Assembly: GCA_040954595.2 (NCBI GenBank)
Contig: CM082598.2
Span: 868,001 to 932,000, forward strand
Length of the DNA stretch: 64,000 nucleotides
Reading direction: 5' to 3'
DNA from: Balanoglossus misakiensis
Lineage: Eukaryota > Animalia > Hemichordata
Positions 61,961-64,000 of the stretch are shown piece after piece; position 1 is the stretch's first letter, and each line of letters begins with the position of its first letter. A program made the position numbers and the translations under genes. The notes under the pieces were generated by a model. The model saw nothing but the letters and a program-made list of their open reading frames with translations. It was not told where the DNA came from and did no database searches.

Positions 61961-64000
61961 AGTTGGACATATCCCTCAAAATGATACAAATCAAGATAAA
62001 TATAATAGGCCAATTATGTACTTAGTCTGAAATTATCTATTTATCATCGGTGGTTATATGTCAAACAAAATGGAAGACTTACAAGTGAATAATAGTAAAG
62101 AGAGAATACAAAAAAAATCCAAATTTATGATATTTTCTTGGTTTATTTTGGTTTGTCAAGGATATATACAAGTAATCAATCATTTGGTGGAAAATTAAGA
62201 TAAAAATAAAATCCATCTATAATTTTGCCTGACAATCGAAATTATTTAAGTATGTCTAATATTCTGAAATACAGTGTTGCTGTTGTTGGTAGACAAATGT
62301 GTTGCTCAGATTATAGACTTGTCAAATCTGACACTGTAGCAAAAGTAAACAGATTGTTTTTAGTCATGAAGTGTATCGGTTCTTTTCCAATCTGTCACAG
62401 TATTTGTTTAACTATTTCTTTCTGTATGAGATGTTACAAATAATAGCATGATACAGTTAGTAACAAAACATTCACCTATATCTATCTAAAATTTATTTAT
62501 GAGAAAACAGTGAGTTGGTATCAAAAACATTGCTGAATTCAAATGTAAAATTGAGTGAAAATTGATTATCATAGCCACTAACACTGCCCCCATAGTCTGG
62601 CATTATTGGCAGAAATACTAACATCGCCCATATTTGGTAGTTAATCTCAGGTGTTCATGTTCGCTGCTTGTTTCCTCCAGTATTAGTGTGTTACAGTTTC
62701 ATCACTCCAGTATCCTTGTTCACTTCCTAAGTCTAAACATTGGAGGTCAGAATTATTTATTGGTTTGGATCGTTTGCTGTTTTCTTCTCAAATTCAGAAC
62801 TCTGAGTGATATTTGGCTGCTTTGACTTTCAGATTATTCAAATGAAAATCTTCAGTGAGTTTGGATCAAAAACTACAAAAATTCTCAATTGAATTTTATC
62901 TGAAATGTAGATATATGTATATTATGTATGGCTAGAACAGTTTTAGCCAGGTGACCCGTGGTTTGTACAGGTCATGACCTTTGATTTATTGAAGTTTGAC
63001 CTTCACATAATGTGGAAAATCGTTTGATGGGTTGGACTTTCTTTCAGTTTTTCTTTTAACCCCTAGATCATGTCATAACCTTTGACACACTTTTGGGGTC
63101 ATGACATGACAGAATAGGCAAAGTTTTGAAATGGATGAGGTCATTATATTGTGGGCATATTGGGCAAGGTCATGACCTTTGACCTTTTATAAAGACTGCT
63201 GATGTACATCATTGTATTGTATTTATTATTTTGTAGACATACTTCCCTTTGCTTATAGGGACCAAAAAAGTAACCGTGTAGATATGAAAGTTGTCTTAGT
63301 TGAGTTGTAGATGTATATTTATTTACTTGTTTAGTGCAATGTCTTTATGTATACTGTGCTTCTTGGATGATGCTGTGTGCTGCAGTTGTAACTAAGACTA
63401 TAGATTAGTTTGTTAGGATCAACATGACATGCATGATTTTTCTATTGTCAGTCTAATTATGGTCATTTTGTTCATGGAATGACCACGATCCAACTACTTA
63501 ATCCAAAACAGGGTACACATCCTGCATAAATAACAGCTATGATCTGCAAAGTTTTGTTAGAAATCCATGTCTGGCAGAGACGAACAGACTGAATTTTAAG
63601 ATGACCCACCCTGAAACTTCAACTAATATTTTTGGATAAATTTGCTTATCAAATGTGAGAAGTCGAAAAATTGCAGTAAAATGTCTTTCTGGAAAACAGA
63701 GTTGATTTTGCTGCTAGAAAATAGTCGGTCCTAGAATCACAACTGTAGTCTGTCTGTCTCTATTGTACATTTTCTGTCAGAAAATTCTAACTTGTCACAA
63801 CAAAACAATTGTTACAATGTATCTTCTGTCTGTGTTGTCAAAATAGATTAACAGACTACAAAATGTACATTTTCTGTCAATCTTATAACATGGGTAATGA
63901 TATATTTCCTAGCAACAACTATACTGTAATTATTGGTGTGTGTTTCGTGAACGTTATTTGTGTATATATACATAGAATTATACATACATGAAACTTTAAT

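Overview
Eukaryotic, AT-rich, intron-rich animal DNA. An invertebrate deuterostome such as a hemichordate is my inference from gene content, not proven. I reconstructed seven spliced genes by hand with exon phases checked: the 3' end of COPB1 (+), a 9-finger C2H2 zinc-finger gene (-), a 26-exon anoctamin/TMEM16 gene (-), RABL2 (-) head-to-head with an intron-containing UFSP1 (+), and ALDH16A1 (-) head-to-head with synaptotagmin-1 (+). The most striking feature is inside the anoctamin gene: four tandem, homologous 61-nt exons (16832-16892, 15938-15998, 14069-14129, 12351-12411). Each encodes a different version of the FDN-motif/TM2 segment and only one can be included at a time. The same gene has three candidate alternative first coding exons. 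Synaptotagmin-1 carries a second, phase-compatible alternative lumenal+transmembrane exon that lacks the cysteine cluster. Also present: a U12-type intron in RABL2, two GC-AG donors, an abundant ~85-bp piggyBac-like MITE family, a Harbinger-type MITE and several RNA hairpins. No transcript data were available, so all splicing claims are predictions.
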